Shown here one piece after another: positions 55,285 through 64,000 of a stretch of DNA of 64,000 nucleotides. This DNA comes from Clostridia bacterium (lineage in GTDB: Bacteria; Bacillota; Clostridia; Oscillospirales; CAG-272). The stretch is taken from NCBI GenBank assembly GCA_017501225.1, contig JAFVXH010000007.1:13782-77781 (forward strand), read 5' to 3'. The translations under genes were made by a program, and so were the position numbers. The notes beneath the pieces were generated by a model, which saw only the letters and a program-made list of their open reading frames with translations, had not been told where the DNA came from and ran no database searches. Position 1 is the stretch's first letter. Every line of letters begins with the position of its first letter.

Positions 55285-55717
55285 CCAGCCGTCACCTCCT
55301 TCATGCTCTGTCCGATCGGTATTCTGTGCGCTACCGAGCGATACGTAAGCACAGTATATCATATCGGAGCCCTTGCAAAATAGAACAGATTGGTACCTGT
55401 TTTGTCAATTTTATCCAAAAAAGAAGGTTGATTTTGCTTTTCATACGCTCTTGCGCGCTCAAAAATGGAACAATTATGCAAAAAAGCATCATAAATATAC
55501 CGTTTTGAGATCGCTTTTCGGACAAGCTCCGTCGGGATGGAAGGATCTGTCACATCTTCCATACATTTTGTATAGACGCAGAGAAGATATTCCTGTATAA
55601 TAAAAGCAGAGAATATCGGGACGTGCGCGCGATTGCCCTCGCATCTCCCTTGCATACGTGCCGAAAATATTCATTTTTCCGATTCTGAATGTTCATGCAA
55701 AAAGGAGGGATTCGTCC

Positions 55718-55981
55718 GTGAAGCGCTTTCCGTTTTCCGATCTTCCACCCCTTGGAAGGATCGCCAAGCGGCTGTTACATATACAAATGGCGGTGTTATT
55801 TTTGGTCGTTGGGATCTTTTTTTATTCGTATCTGACCGCCCGTGCCGAAAATCCTGCCTACGCCGGCATTTACTACGCCTCTATGGTGGAATATCTGCTC
55901 GCGGGATTTGTGATCTCGGCAGGCAGTGTTTGCCTTGTGGATCTGATGGAGCGCGAGCAGAGCAAGGATCAAACAAAATGA
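55718..55981 (+). CDS. hypothetical 87-aa two-TM membrane protein
   Basis: Track ORF 55658..55981. I prefer the GTG at 55718, 8 nt after AAAGGAGGGA. Two hydrophobic helices (MAVLFLVVGIFFYSYL, YLLAGFVISAGSVCLV). Confidence 0.5.
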   Translation: MKRFPFSDLPPLGRIAKRLLHIQMAVLFLVVGIFFYSYLTARAENPAYAGIYYASMVEYLLAGFVISAGSVCLVDLMEREQSKDQTK

Positions 55982-56005
55982 GGAGATGCCTCGCATCTCC
56001 TCATT
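55977..56005. terminator. terminator hairpin between convergent genes
   Basis: AATGAGGAGATGC-ctc-GCATCTCCTCATT 13-bp stem. The T-run is on the minus-strand side. Confidence 0.65.
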
Positions 56006-56027
56006 GTTACGGTTCATATAACAGATA

Positions 56028-56975
56028 TTACAGAGCCTGCTCCCCGTCGGACGGGCTTTCCTCAAACGCCGCGATCGCGGGTCCTGCGGGCTCCTCAGCC
56101 GTTTCCTCGGCGATTTCTTCCTCAATCTCCGCGGCGGCTTCCTCGACAGCCTCCTCAACGGGCTCCTCGACGATCTCCTCCTCGATCTCCGTGGCGGCTT
56201 CCTCGACGATCTCTTCCTCGATTTCTTCCTCCGCTTTTTCGGGGATGATCTCCTCGGTTTCCTCCTCGTATACGGGAGCTACGGGGGTAGGAGCTACGGG
56301 GATCTCCTTGATGAGAATGGGCTCGGAGGCGGTGGCGGATACGCGAAGCGCGGGCATTTCGGTCAGCTTGACAACAGATGCCTTATCCTGTGCCTGAACG
56401 ATGAGCGCGCCGATCTCCTCAGCAAGGGTTTCTACCAAAGCGGCATCGATCGTGCCCTTGGAGGCATCCTTTGCCAGCTGCTTTGCGCTTACCTTCTTGA
56501 CGACTACCTGCATGCCTGCGGTCGTTCCGATCGCCATCTGCGTGCCTGCCATCTGGTTGGTTGCCAGCAGCAGCTGGAACGCGATGCGCTTGCTAAACAG
56601 GAATACCAGCAAAAAGATGATACCAAGCAGGAACAAAGCAACGGCGCCCGCAATGCAAATGATCGGGACAAACGGAGGAATGGCCTCAAACATTCTCAGA
56701 ACAAAGAATGCTGCCAGGGCAAAAATTGCAAGAACCGAGAACACGATACAAGCGGCAAGGAAGCCACCTCTGCGGGAAACCTCCACTCTGCTGTTGACAG
56801 AGATGACGTCCTGCGTGCGGATCTCCTCTCTTACCGTGCGCTTGACACGGAAGGTTTTGAGCTCACGGAGGCGGATGATGCGCTTGTCGGTGACGATCAG
56901 CGAGTCGACACCGTTATCGGATTTTGTGTATTCGTCATAGCGCTTGAGCAAGGTTTCGGTTGCTCCGAATTTCAT
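56028..56975 (-). CDS. hypothetical membrane protein: N-terminal PH-like domain, TM hairpin(s), acidic Glu-rich repeat tail
   Basis: The ATG at 56975 follows GAAGGAG. ...DSLIVTDKRIIRLRE...RTQDVISVN... resembles bacterial PH/GRAM-like modules. There are 2-3 TM helices, and the C-terminus is EEIEEEIVEEAATEIEEEIVEEPVEEAVEEAAAEIEEEIAEE. Confidence 0.7.
   Translation of the reverse strand: MKFGATETLLKRYDEYTKSDNGVDSLIVTDKRIIRLRELKTFRVKRTVREEIRTQDVISVNSRVEVSRRGGFLAACIVFSVLAIFALAAFFVLRMFEAIPPFVPIICIAGAVALFLLGIIFLLVFLFSKRIAFQLLLATNQMAGTQMAIGTTAGMQVVVKKVSAKQLAKDASKGTIDAALVETLAEEIGALIVQAQDKASVVKLTEMPALRVSATASEPILIKEIPVAPTPVAPVYEEETEEIIPEKAEEEIEEEIVEEAATEIEEEIVEEPVEEAVEEAAAEIEEEIAEETAEEPAGPAIAAFEESPSDGEQAL
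56111..56207. repeat. in-frame imperfect 60-nt direct repeat inside the acidic tail
   Basis: CGATTTCTTCCTCAATCTCCGCGGCGGCTTCCTCGAC (56111-56147) against CGATCTCCTCCTCGATCTCCGTGGCGGCTTCCTCGAC (56171-56207). Confidence 0.7.
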
Positions 56976-57152
56976 AGTATTCACTCCTTCAATACGTCAT
57001 AATTCACAGATGTCCCACTTGAAGGCATCCGCTATCCTTATTATAGCACTCCGAAAAATGATTGTCAAGTGCTGTCAAATTTTTGGAGGGCATTGCTTTT
57101 TTACCGACTTTGTGATAGAATGGTAAAAAAGTTCGGACGGAGGACATCACAT

Positions 57153-57764
57153 ATGAACGCAGAATTTCAAATCAACGGAACAAGCCTTGAAACAGCTCGG
57201 CTGCTCCTGCGCCCATTCCGACAGAGCGATCTGCAGGATTTTTACGAATACGCCTCGGTCGAGGGTGTCGGAGAAATGGCGGGCTGGCGGCATCATGAAA
57301 GCATCGAAAAGACACGGGAAATCTTAGATCACTTCATCCGCGAGGATAAAACCTTCGCCATCGTTCTTGGGGAAACGGGCAAGGTGATCGGCTCTCTTGG
57401 CGTCGAGAAGTACGGCATGGAAGGAGCCTTGACCGAATTTGACGGCTATCGCGGACGGGAGATCGGCTACGTGCTGTCAAAGGATTACTGGGGCAAGGGA
57501 CTGATGCCCGAGGCGGTAAGTGCTGTGATCCAATATCTGTTTGATACGTGGGATCTGGATTTTCTGACCTGCGGATATTATGATTTCAACGCACAGTCCA
57601 AAAGGGTGCAGGAAAAGTGCGGCTTCCGCCCTTATCGGAAGCTTGTCATGGACACAAGGCTTGGAACAAAAGAGCCCGGCGTGCTGAATCTGCTGATCAA
57701 TCCCAAAAAGAAGATCAAATTTGTGTTTTCACATCCCGAAACCTTGATCTACAAGGAAGATTGA
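57153..57764 (+). CDS. GNAT family N-acetyltransferase (RimJ/RimL-like)
   Basis: Track ORF 57069..57764. I prefer the ATG at 57153 after GGAGGA. ...LETARLLLRPFRQSDLQDFYEY...IGYVLSKDYWGKGLMPEAVSAVIQYLF...NAQSKRVQEKCGF. Confidence 0.85.
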   Translation: MNAEFQINGTSLETARLLLRPFRQSDLQDFYEYASVEGVGEMAGWRHHESIEKTREILDHFIREDKTFAIVLGETGKVIGSLGVEKYGMEGALTEFDGYRGREIGYVLSKDYWGKGLMPEAVSAVIQYLFDTWDLDFLTCGYYDFNAQSKRVQEKCGFRPYRKLVMDTRLGTKEPGVLNLLINPKKKIKFVFSHPETLIYKED

Positions 57765-57794
57765 GTGACGCATTTTTTGAATGAATAAAATCAA

Positions 57795-57835
57795 AAATCC
57801 CACAAACCGTTTGCTTGGTTTGTGGGATTTTTCTT
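57795..57835. terminator. bidirectional rho-independent terminator (GNAT / V-ATPase operon)
   Basis: AAATCCCACAAACC-gtttgctt-GGTTTGTGGGATTT 14-bp stem with A-run and T-run flanks. Confidence 0.85.
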
Positions 57836-58533
57836 TACGCTTCGGTAGGCTGCATGGGATCCTCCCACACGTCCTCCCCGTCGTCCTTTTGTACCGTTTG
57901 CGCCTTGAGCATCATGTCCTTAACCTTCATCAGGCGCGTGGTATTTCCGCGCTCGTTCTCGTCCAGCTTCATCTTGATGCTCTTGATGGTCGCAAGATAC
58001 TGCGGCATCAGAATATATTCCAGCGCATTGACGCGGCGGCGTGTGCGCTCGATCTCCTCCGCAAGCAGCTGCGCGGTCTTTTCCAGCTCCGCCATGCGGA
58101 GCATGTCCTCCATAATGCCGCTCAGCTCACGCAAGGAGGCGTCCAGCTCTCCTGACGTAAACGCCATACCGTAATTGTAGCCGTCGCTTCCACCCTCACT
58201 GAGCAGCTGCATCTGAAAGACCGGAACCGTCACACTCATCACGTTTTTGTAGTCGACGTGGAGCTCACCCTCCTTTTTGGGGCAGATGAGTGCCTCCTCC
58301 AGCATCTTCGGGGAGCTGACCGCACTTGCGACCGCAAAGCTTCCGTAGACGCGGGAGAGCGACTCCTCGACGCGCTCACGTAATTTTTTATCCTCGCGCA
58401 CGACCTCCAGGAACTGCTTCATCAGCTCGTCGCGCTTGTCCTTGAGCAGCTTGTGCCCCTTGCGCGCAGTCTGATAGCGTCCCTGAATGCGCTTCATTTC
58501 CATTCTTGTCGGGTTGACTCTGAGTTCTGCCAT
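57835..58533 (-). CDS. atpD: V-type ATP synthase subunit D
   Basis: MAELRVNPTRMEMKRIQGRYQTARKGHKLLKDKRDELMKQF.... Confidence 0.95.
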   Translation of the reverse strand: MAELRVNPTRMEMKRIQGRYQTARKGHKLLKDKRDELMKQFLEVVREDKKLRERVEESLSRVYGSFAVASAVSSPKMLEEALICPKKEGELHVDYKNVMSVTVPVFQMQLLSEGGSDGYNYGMAFTSGELDASLRELSGIMEDMLRMAELEKTAQLLAEEIERTRRRVNALEYILMPQYLATIKSIKMKLDENERGNTTRLMKVKDMMLKAQTVQKDDGEDVWEDPMQPTEA

Positions 58534-58575
58534 ACTAAGGCTTAAGACCTCCCTTCCCCATCCCTGCGGCGCGCG

Positions 58576-59955
58576 TTACGCCTGCGATTTGGGCCAGTAT
58601 TTTTCCAGCAGCTCGGGCTTGATACGCTTCATTTCTCCCTTGGGAAGAATGGAAAGCAGCTTCCAGCCCAGATCCAAGGTTTCCTCAATGGAGCGATTCT
58701 CGTAGAAGCCCTGATTGATATATTCCGCCTCGAAGGCATCCGCAAACTTCGCGTACAGACGGTCGATCGAGGAAAGCGCGGATTCGCCCAACACCACCAT
58801 CAATTCCTTTGCCTCTTTTCCTCGTGCATACGCGGAGAAAAGCTGGTTCATGGTGTTTGCGTGGTCCTCACGCGTCTTTCCTTCTCCAATTCCCTTGTCC
58901 TTCAAACGCGACAGCGACGGAAGCACGTCCACGGGGGGCAGATAGCCCTTGCGATAGAGCTCACGCGAGAGAATGATCTGTCCCTCGGTGATATAGCCCG
59001 TAAGGTCAGGGATCGGATGCGTCTTATCATCCTCGGGCATGGTCAGGATCGGAATCATGGTGATCGAGCCCTCAGAGCCCATCTTTCTGCCCGCACGCTC
59101 GTACATGGTGGCAAGGTCGGTATAGAGATAACCGGGGTAGCCTCTACGTCCGGGGACCTCCTTGCGCGCGGACGATACCTCGCGCAAAGCCTCGGCGTAG
59201 TTGGTGATGTCGGTCATGATGACCAGCACGTGCATGTCGCACTCAAACGCCAGATACTCCGCCGCGGTCAGCGCCATACGCGGTGTGGAAATACGCTCGA
59301 TGGCGGCATCCGACGCCAGATTGATAAAGAGCACCGTGCGGTCGATCGCACCGGTCTTTTTGAAGTCGGAAATGAAGAAATCCGCCTCCTCAAAGGTGAT
59401 ACCGATCGCGGCAAAGACCACCGCGAACTTATCGTTCTTATTTTTTACCTTCGCCTGACGCGCGATCTGCGCGGCAAGGTTTGCATGAGGCAGTCCCGAG
59501 CCCGAGAAGATGGGCAGCTTCTGACCTCTGACCAGCGTATTCAGTCCGTCAATGGTGGAAATTCCCGTCTGGATGAATTCCGAAGGGTAGTAACGTGCCG
59601 CGGGATTGATGGGCGTGCCGTTGATGTCCAGACTCTTTTCGGGAAGGATACGGGCACCGCCGTCGATCAATTCTCCCATGCCGTTAAAGACGCGGCCGAG
59701 CATGTTCTGAGAAACAGGGAGCTCCACGCCGTGACCTAAGAAACGCACCTTACTTTGCGCTAAGTTGATGCCTGCCGAGGATTCAAAGAGCTGTACCAGA
59801 ACGTTTCTGCCGTTGACCTCCAGCACGCGGCAACGGCGACGCTCGCCGTTTGGCAGCTCGATCTCACCCAGCTCGTCGTATTTGACGCCCTCGACCTGCT
59901 TGACCAGCATCAGGGGGCCTGCAACTTCTTCGATGGTTCTATATTCTCTGATCAT
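58576..59955 (-). CDS. atpB: V-type ATP synthase subunit B
   Basis: 459 aa. ...[14 protein letters not shown]...[19 protein letters not shown].... Confidence 0.97.
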   Translation of the reverse strand: MIREYRTIEEVAGPLMLVKQVEGVKYDELGEIELPNGERRRCRVLEVNGRNVLVQLFESSAGINLAQSKVRFLGHGVELPVSQNMLGRVFNGMGELIDGGARILPEKSLDINGTPINPAARYYPSEFIQTGISTIDGLNTLVRGQKLPIFSGSGLPHANLAAQIARQAKVKNKNDKFAVVFAAIGITFEEADFFISDFKKTGAIDRTVLFINLASDAAIERISTPRMALTAAEYLAFECDMHVLVIMTDITNYAEALREVSSARKEVPGRRGYPGYLYTDLATMYERAGRKMGSEGSITMIPILTMPEDDKTHPIPDLTGYITEGQIILSRELYRKGYLPPVDVLPSLSRLKDKGIGEGKTREDHANTMNQLFSAYARGKEAKELMVVLGESALSSIDRLYAKFADAFEAEYINQGFYENRSIEETLDLGWKLLSILPKGEMKRIKPELLEKYWPKSQA

Positions 59956-59970
59956 ATCCGCTACCCCCTA

Positions 59971-61743
59971 TCAGTCCTTCTGAGCCGCACGCTTCAGCTG
60001 CTCCAGCTGATCGCGAATGTCGGCCTTGATCGCATCAAATTCCTTGCGGTACGTGTCATTGGGCGCGCTCTTTGCGCGTCCCATGCGCTCACGTACGGGC
60101 AAGCTGTAAATATCCTCGATATCCGCGCCTGCGGCGATCGCGTCCTTTGCTCTCTCCTCGTAGAAGAAGATCAGATCGAGCATTCCGCACTGCTTTTCCA
60201 GCGGCGTGTAGCAATCGATATCCACAAACGCGTTCTGCTGTAAAAAGTCCTCGCGAATGGACTGCGCGACGTCAAGACTCAGGCGGTCCTCAGCGGAAAG
60301 CGCGTCCATACCGACGAGCTTGACGATCTCCTGCAGATCCGCCTCTGCCTGCAAAACCTTGAGGCAGCGCGCGGTATAATCCATCCATTCCTTCGCAACG
60401 TGCTCGGAGAACCATCCTGCGAGTCTGTCGCGGTAGAGAGAATAGGAATTGAGCCAGTTGATCGCGGGGAAATGGCGGCGGTACGCAAGGCTTGCATCCA
60501 AGCCCCAGAACACCTTGACGATACGCAGCGTTGCCTGCGTAACGGGCTCGGAGATATCTCCGCCCTGAGGCGACACCGCACCGATGGCGGAAAGAGCACC
60601 TTCTCTTCCGTCACTGCCAAGGCAAACCACCTTACCTGCGCGCTCATAGAACTGCGCAAGACGGGAGGTCAGGTATGCGGGATAGCCCTCTTCACCGGGC
60701 ATTTCCTCAAGACGTCCCGACATCTCACGCAGCGCCTCTGCCCAGCGGGAGGTCGAATCCGCGATGACGGCGACCGAATATCCCATATCGCGGAAATACT
60801 CGGCAATGGTAATACCCGTATAGACGGACGCCTCGCGCGCCGCGACGGGCATATCCGAGGTGTTTGCGATCAGAACCGTGCGCTGCATCAGGGATTTGCC
60901 GCTCTTGGGGTCGGTCAATTCCGGGAATTCGCGCAATACGTCTGTCATCTCGTTTCCGCGCTCGCCGCAGCCGATGTAGACCACGAGATCTACGTCACTC
61001 CACTTTGCAAGCTGATGCTGTACCACCGTCTTGCCCGAGCCGAAGGGACCGGGAACGCAGGCGGTACCGCCCTTTGCGATGGGAAAGAGCGCGTCGATGA
61101 CACGCTGACCCGTGACCATGGGATCAACGGGAGGCAGCTTTTCTCTGTAGGGGCGCGCCACACGGACGGGCCACTTTTGCATTAAGGTGATCTCCTCGAT
61201 CGAGCCGTCGGGATACTTGATCTTTCCGATGCGGTCGGTCACGCGGAAGTCGCCCTCACGCAGCTCCACGATGCTTCCCTTTACGTTCGGGGGCACCATG
61301 ATCTTGTGCAGGATCACGTCGTTTTCCTGCACCGTACCGTAGATATCGCCGGCAGAAACCGTATCGCCGAACTTCAGCGCGGGCACGAAGTGCCACTTTT
61401 TCTCACGGTCCAGCGCGGGCTCGTCAATGCCACGCTTGAGGTTTGCGCCGAACTTTTCACGCATCGCCTCCAAGGGGCGTTGAATTCCGTCGTAAATATT
61501 GGTCAAAAGTCCGGGACCCAGCTCCACGGAAAGAGGAGCACCCGTAGAAACGACGCGGTCGCCGCGGCCGATGCCTGCGGTTTCCTCATAGACCTGGATC
61601 GAAGCGCGGTCGCCTCTCATCACGATGATCTCGCCGATGAGGTTCTTCTCGCCTACGCGAACCACGTCAAACATATTGGCATTCCGCATTCCCTCCGCAA
61701 CCACCAGAGGTCCGGATACCTTTAAAATTTTTCCTTCTACCAT
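59971..61743 (-). CDS. atpA: V-type ATP synthase catalytic subunit A
   Basis: 590 aa. P-loop GPFGSGKTV, ...[18 protein letters not shown].... Confidence 0.97.
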   Translation of the reverse strand: MVEGKILKVSGPLVVAEGMRNANMFDVVRVGEKNLIGEIIVMRGDRASIQVYEETAGIGRGDRVVSTGAPLSVELGPGLLTNIYDGIQRPLEAMREKFGANLKRGIDEPALDREKKWHFVPALKFGDTVSAGDIYGTVQENDVILHKIMVPPNVKGSIVELREGDFRVTDRIGKIKYPDGSIEEITLMQKWPVRVARPYREKLPPVDPMVTGQRVIDALFPIAKGGTACVPGPFGSGKTVVQHQLAKWSDVDLVVYIGCGERGNEMTDVLREFPELTDPKSGKSLMQRTVLIANTSDMPVAAREASVYTGITIAEYFRDMGYSVAVIADSTSRWAEALREMSGRLEEMPGEEGYPAYLTSRLAQFYERAGKVVCLGSDGREGALSAIGAVSPQGGDISEPVTQATLRIVKVFWGLDASLAYRRHFPAINWLNSYSLYRDRLAGWFSEHVAKEWMDYTARCLKVLQAEADLQEIVKLVGMDALSAEDRLSLDVAQSIREDFLQQNAFVDIDCYTPLEKQCGMLDLIFFYEERAKDAIAAGADIEDIYSLPVRERMGRAKSAPNDTYRKEFDAIKADIRDQLEQLKRAAQKD

Positions 61744-61761
61744 CTTTGCTTCGCCTTTCTT

Positions 61762-62100
61762 TTATTCCGAATCGTCCATAAACAAAATATCTGCGCCAAC
61801 GGCACGCTGTGCCGCGCGGCGGATGGCATTCATGCCGTATCCCGTGCTATCTCCCTGACCGGGAATGGAAATCACGGCAGGCAGCGGATCGTCCTTGTAG
61901 CGGTCGATATCCTCCTGGATCTGCTCCGCGTACTGCTCGGTGACAAAGATCACCGCGTATTCGCCCGAGCGTGCCAGCGCGTGCAGTTTTTTTGCCGCCT
62001 CTGCGGCATTCTCTGCCTCGCTGACTGCAAATCCAAGTGCCATAAAGCCCAGAACGGCATTTCGGGAACCGATAATCGCAACCTTATACATAGCTCTCAC
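61762..62100 (-). CDS. atpF: V-type ATP synthase subunit F
   Basis: ...YKVAIIGSRNAVLGFMALGF...YAVIFVTEQYAEQI.... The alternative start is the ATG at 62091. Confidence 0.9.
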   Translation of the reverse strand: MRAMYKVAIIGSRNAVLGFMALGFAVSEAENAAEAAKKLHALARSGEYAVIFVTEQYAEQIQEDIDRYKDDPLPAVISIPGQGDSTGYGMNAIRRAAQRAVGADILFMDDSE

Positions 62101-63076
62101 GCATCCTTTCCCGAATCATCTCAACCGAAAGTCGCTCGCGCTTGCCCGCAATGCAGATACGCAGATTGCGCACCTCGTATTCCTGCGCCAGCAGATACGC
62201 GATCAGCACCTCGGGACCGTACGGCACGAACTTGACGCCCTGAATCCTGCGCATCCAGAAGGAATCCATCTCCCGCTCGATCGCGGACAGGCTCTGATTG
62301 CTCTCCGCTACGCGTGCGGCAAGAGAATCGTATGCGGAATAGGAAAGTCGCTCCCAAAGAAATGCCTCTCCGCCATCGAACCACTCCCAGATCTGCTTCT
62401 CGGAGATCGAGCCGCCATCCAGGAAGGCTTGTCTTAACAGACGCCGCCCGATCTCCCCGTTGTTCATGCGCAGAATGCGCACGCAGGTCAGAAGATTGAC
62501 AAGGTCGATCTTGCTTTGCACCAGGGAAATCGCAAATTCCAGCTTGCTTTCCTTCGCGTCCTCCAGCATCAAAGCATAGACGGCACGGTCCAGAATCAGG
62601 TCGATGACCTGCGGATTCTTCGTCCTTGCGTACTCGGCGGTTGCCTCGACCGCGCCCTCCCGCAAGGTCTGCGGAAGCGCGGAAAAATCTCCCGTTTCCA
62701 CCATCCTGATGATCTCATCGGCAGATACGGTTCCAAAATCGAACATCATCGGGCGTGCATCGATCCCTCGAGAGAAGCACTTGATCGCTGCCTTGACGTT
62801 GTTTCCGTCGTAAGGATAGAGCCAAAGGCGAAGGGCGGGCGCGTTCTCGGAAAGAGAAACCGCCTCCCCGTAAGACGTGCGCAAGCGATGCAGAAGCGTT
62901 TCCTCAAACAAGGGCGCTCCCGCGTCGTCCGTCAGAAGCTCGACGCCAAACTCCCGCAAGGTCGCAGTCAGTGCATCGACGTCCCGAGCCTCAACAAGAA
63001 GCTCCATGCGCTCCTTCCCGATCAGCGCGTTTTCCAGCGCGCGAACACGGGCAGAGGCATACAAATAATCAGCCAT
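62084..63076 (-). CDS. atpC: V-type ATP synthase subunit C (d-like)
   Basis: 330 aa. MADYLYASARVRALENALIGKERMELL..., an all-helical repeat pattern typical of bacterial V-type subunit C. Confidence 0.9.
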   Translation of the reverse strand: MADYLYASARVRALENALIGKERMELLVEARDVDALTATLREFGVELLTDDAGAPLFEETLLHRLRTSYGEAVSLSENAPALRLWLYPYDGNNVKAAIKCFSRGIDARPMMFDFGTVSADEIIRMVETGDFSALPQTLREGAVEATAEYARTKNPQVIDLILDRAVYALMLEDAKESKLEFAISLVQSKIDLVNLLTCVRILRMNNGEIGRRLLRQAFLDGGSISEKQIWEWFDGGEAFLWERLSYSAYDSLAARVAESNQSLSAIEREMDSFWMRRIQGVKFVPYGPEVLIAYLLAQEYEVRNLRICIAGKRERLSVEMIRERMRESYV

Positions 63077-63090
63077 TCGGTCCTCCTCTC

Positions 63091-63783
63091 TTAAAATGCG
63101 CCCTGCGGTGCATCAAAGAGGGTGCGGCTGACCTCAAGCTCCAGCTCCTCACGCAGCTGCGCCAAAAGGAGCGAGAGCGAGCAGTTGGATTCAATATCTC
63201 CAACGCGCAGAATCAGGCCTCCGTCAATGGAAACCGTCGTCTTGGAAAGGCTAAGCATCGCAAGCTTCTCCGCAGGGACCTTGCCCGAAAGCTTTTTGCG
63301 CGTTGCCTCCAGGACCGCCTCGCCGACACGCGCGCGGTCACGAAGATTGAAAATCACCTCATACGCGTTAGGTGTGACGGCATCCTCCTCACCGTAAACG
63401 GTGCGGCTGATCCGCTCTGCCTCCAGCTGTTCCCAAAACGCGGCAGTCAAAAGTCCTGCGAGAAGCTCTGTGTACTTCTCATCACTAAGTCCCAACAGAG
63501 TGTTCAGTGCCTGATCAAACGCGTCGTCCACCAATTCACTCTTGGTTTGCAGCAAAAGGTTGCGCTTCTGATTGATCGCCGCCGATTTTGCACGCGTGAC
63601 GATCTCGCTTCCCTCCTGCTCCGCTTGAGCATATTGCTGCGCCTTGATGCGCTCAGCGCGCTCCCCGGCGTCCTTTGCGATGCGTGCGCACTCCTCCTCA
63701 GCCTTTGCAAGGATGGCGTTTGCCTCCGTCTGTGCCTGCTCGAGAATTTTATCGGTAATTCGTTCCAATCCATTCATCGACAT
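63091..63783 (-). CDS. atpE: V-type ATP synthase subunit E
   Basis: ...ILEQAQTEANAILAKAEEECARIAKDAGERAERIKAQQYAQAEQE... long N-terminal helix. RBS AGGAGGTGA. Confidence 0.9.
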   Translation of the reverse strand: MSMNGLERITDKILEQAQTEANAILAKAEEECARIAKDAGERAERIKAQQYAQAEQEGSEIVTRAKSAAINQKRNLLLQTKSELVDDAFDQALNTLLGLSDEKYTELLAGLLTAAFWEQLEAERISRTVYGEEDAVTPNAYEVIFNLRDRARVGEAVLEATRKKLSGKVPAEKLAMLSLSKTTVSIDGGLILRVGDIESNCSLSLLLAQLREELELEVSRTLFDAPQGAF

Positions 63784-63822
63784 GGATCATCACCTCCTAA
63801 ACGCTGTAACAGTCACAGCTTC

Positions 63823-64000
63823 TTACAGAACGAGCAGCAAAGAGATCAAAAGACCCAGGATTGCGTAAAGCTCAACGAAGGAGGCAGAGATAACGGCCTT
63901 ACCAACGGCTTCGGGACGCTTTGCGAGAACTGCGACGCCCGCAGCGGCAACCTCACCCTGCTTGATTGCGGAGTACAGACCGGAAATTGCGATGGGAAGT
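63823..64000 (-). CDS. atpK: V-type ATP synthase proteolipid subunit K (C-terminal part; runs off the right edge)
   Basis: My translation of the minus strand ends ...LPIAISGLYSAIKQGEVAAAGVAVLAKRPEAVGKAVISASFVELYAILGLLISLLLVL-stop. It is not in the track because it is open at the window edge. Confidence 0.85.
   Translation of the reverse strand, partial: LPIAISGLYSAIKQGEVAAAGVAVLAKRPEAVGKAVISASFVELYAILGLLISLLLVL

Noticed and set aside
55359-55655. A 98-aa minus-strand ORF in an AT-richer patch.
   Set aside because: There is no Shine-Dalgarno sequence before either the 55655 or the 55562 ATG, and I recognise no family. I kept it only as part of the decayed-locus finding, not as a feature.

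Overview
The window looks like a GC-rich chromosomal segment from a Bacillota (Clostridia-like) genome; this is inferred from gene content: rny, whiA, long-form hpf, V-type ATPase, rubrerythrin. It is densely packed with housekeeping genes. I saw no rRNA, tRNA, CRISPR array, transposase or integrase. Strong GC3 bias produces many long antisense shadow ORFs in the track, and I rejected these.

From left to right the window contains:
- hisZ (partial), translationally coupled to a TrpR-like yerC, then ilvE
- a DMT transporter
- a cell-wall glycopolymer block: a GT2 glycosyltransferase, rfbD and a TagG/TagH-like ABC exporter
- a 940-aa CvpA-headed acidic protein
- a MarR regulator plus a LexA-like regulator
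- GTP-PEPCK, rny, a HAD nucleotidase, dnaE, whiA, murB, coaE, an SLT transglycosylase, an M18 aminopeptidase, prfA and sua5/tsaC
- an orphan ParC/GyrA-like subunit
- an LbH acetyltransferase plus an HTH-fused glmM
- an Amidase_6-like protein and a DD-carboxypeptidase
- a DUF134, reverse rubrerythrin and ferritin block
- an H1-like/DUF1508 protein
- secG, a YwaF-like protein, a NUDIX hydrolase, ligA, hpf, an HD protein and a DUF3899 protein
- an oversized opp operon
- an AT-rich islet next to rpsI-rplM
- nrdR, small uncertain ORFs and a GNAT acetyltransferase
- a V-type ATPase operon (K, partial, then E-C-F-A-B-D)

Nothing resembles a known defence or mobile system. The most unusual items are:
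- the architecturally expanded Opp transporter, including an insertion of roughly 360-370 aa inside the OppD nucleotide-binding domain
- an XRE-HTH::GlmM fusion
- a LexA-like protein with no recognisable catalytic motif, whose promoter carries an SOS-box-like site
- a Cys-rich DUF134 regulator with a palindromic operator upstream of rubrerythrin and ferritin
- a histone-H1-like tail fused to four DUF1508 repeats
- a roughly 0.7-kb AT-rich islet bracketed by a duplicated rpsI 3' end and terminator, with phased iteron-like repeats

All family assignments come from reading the translations by eye. No database search was run.
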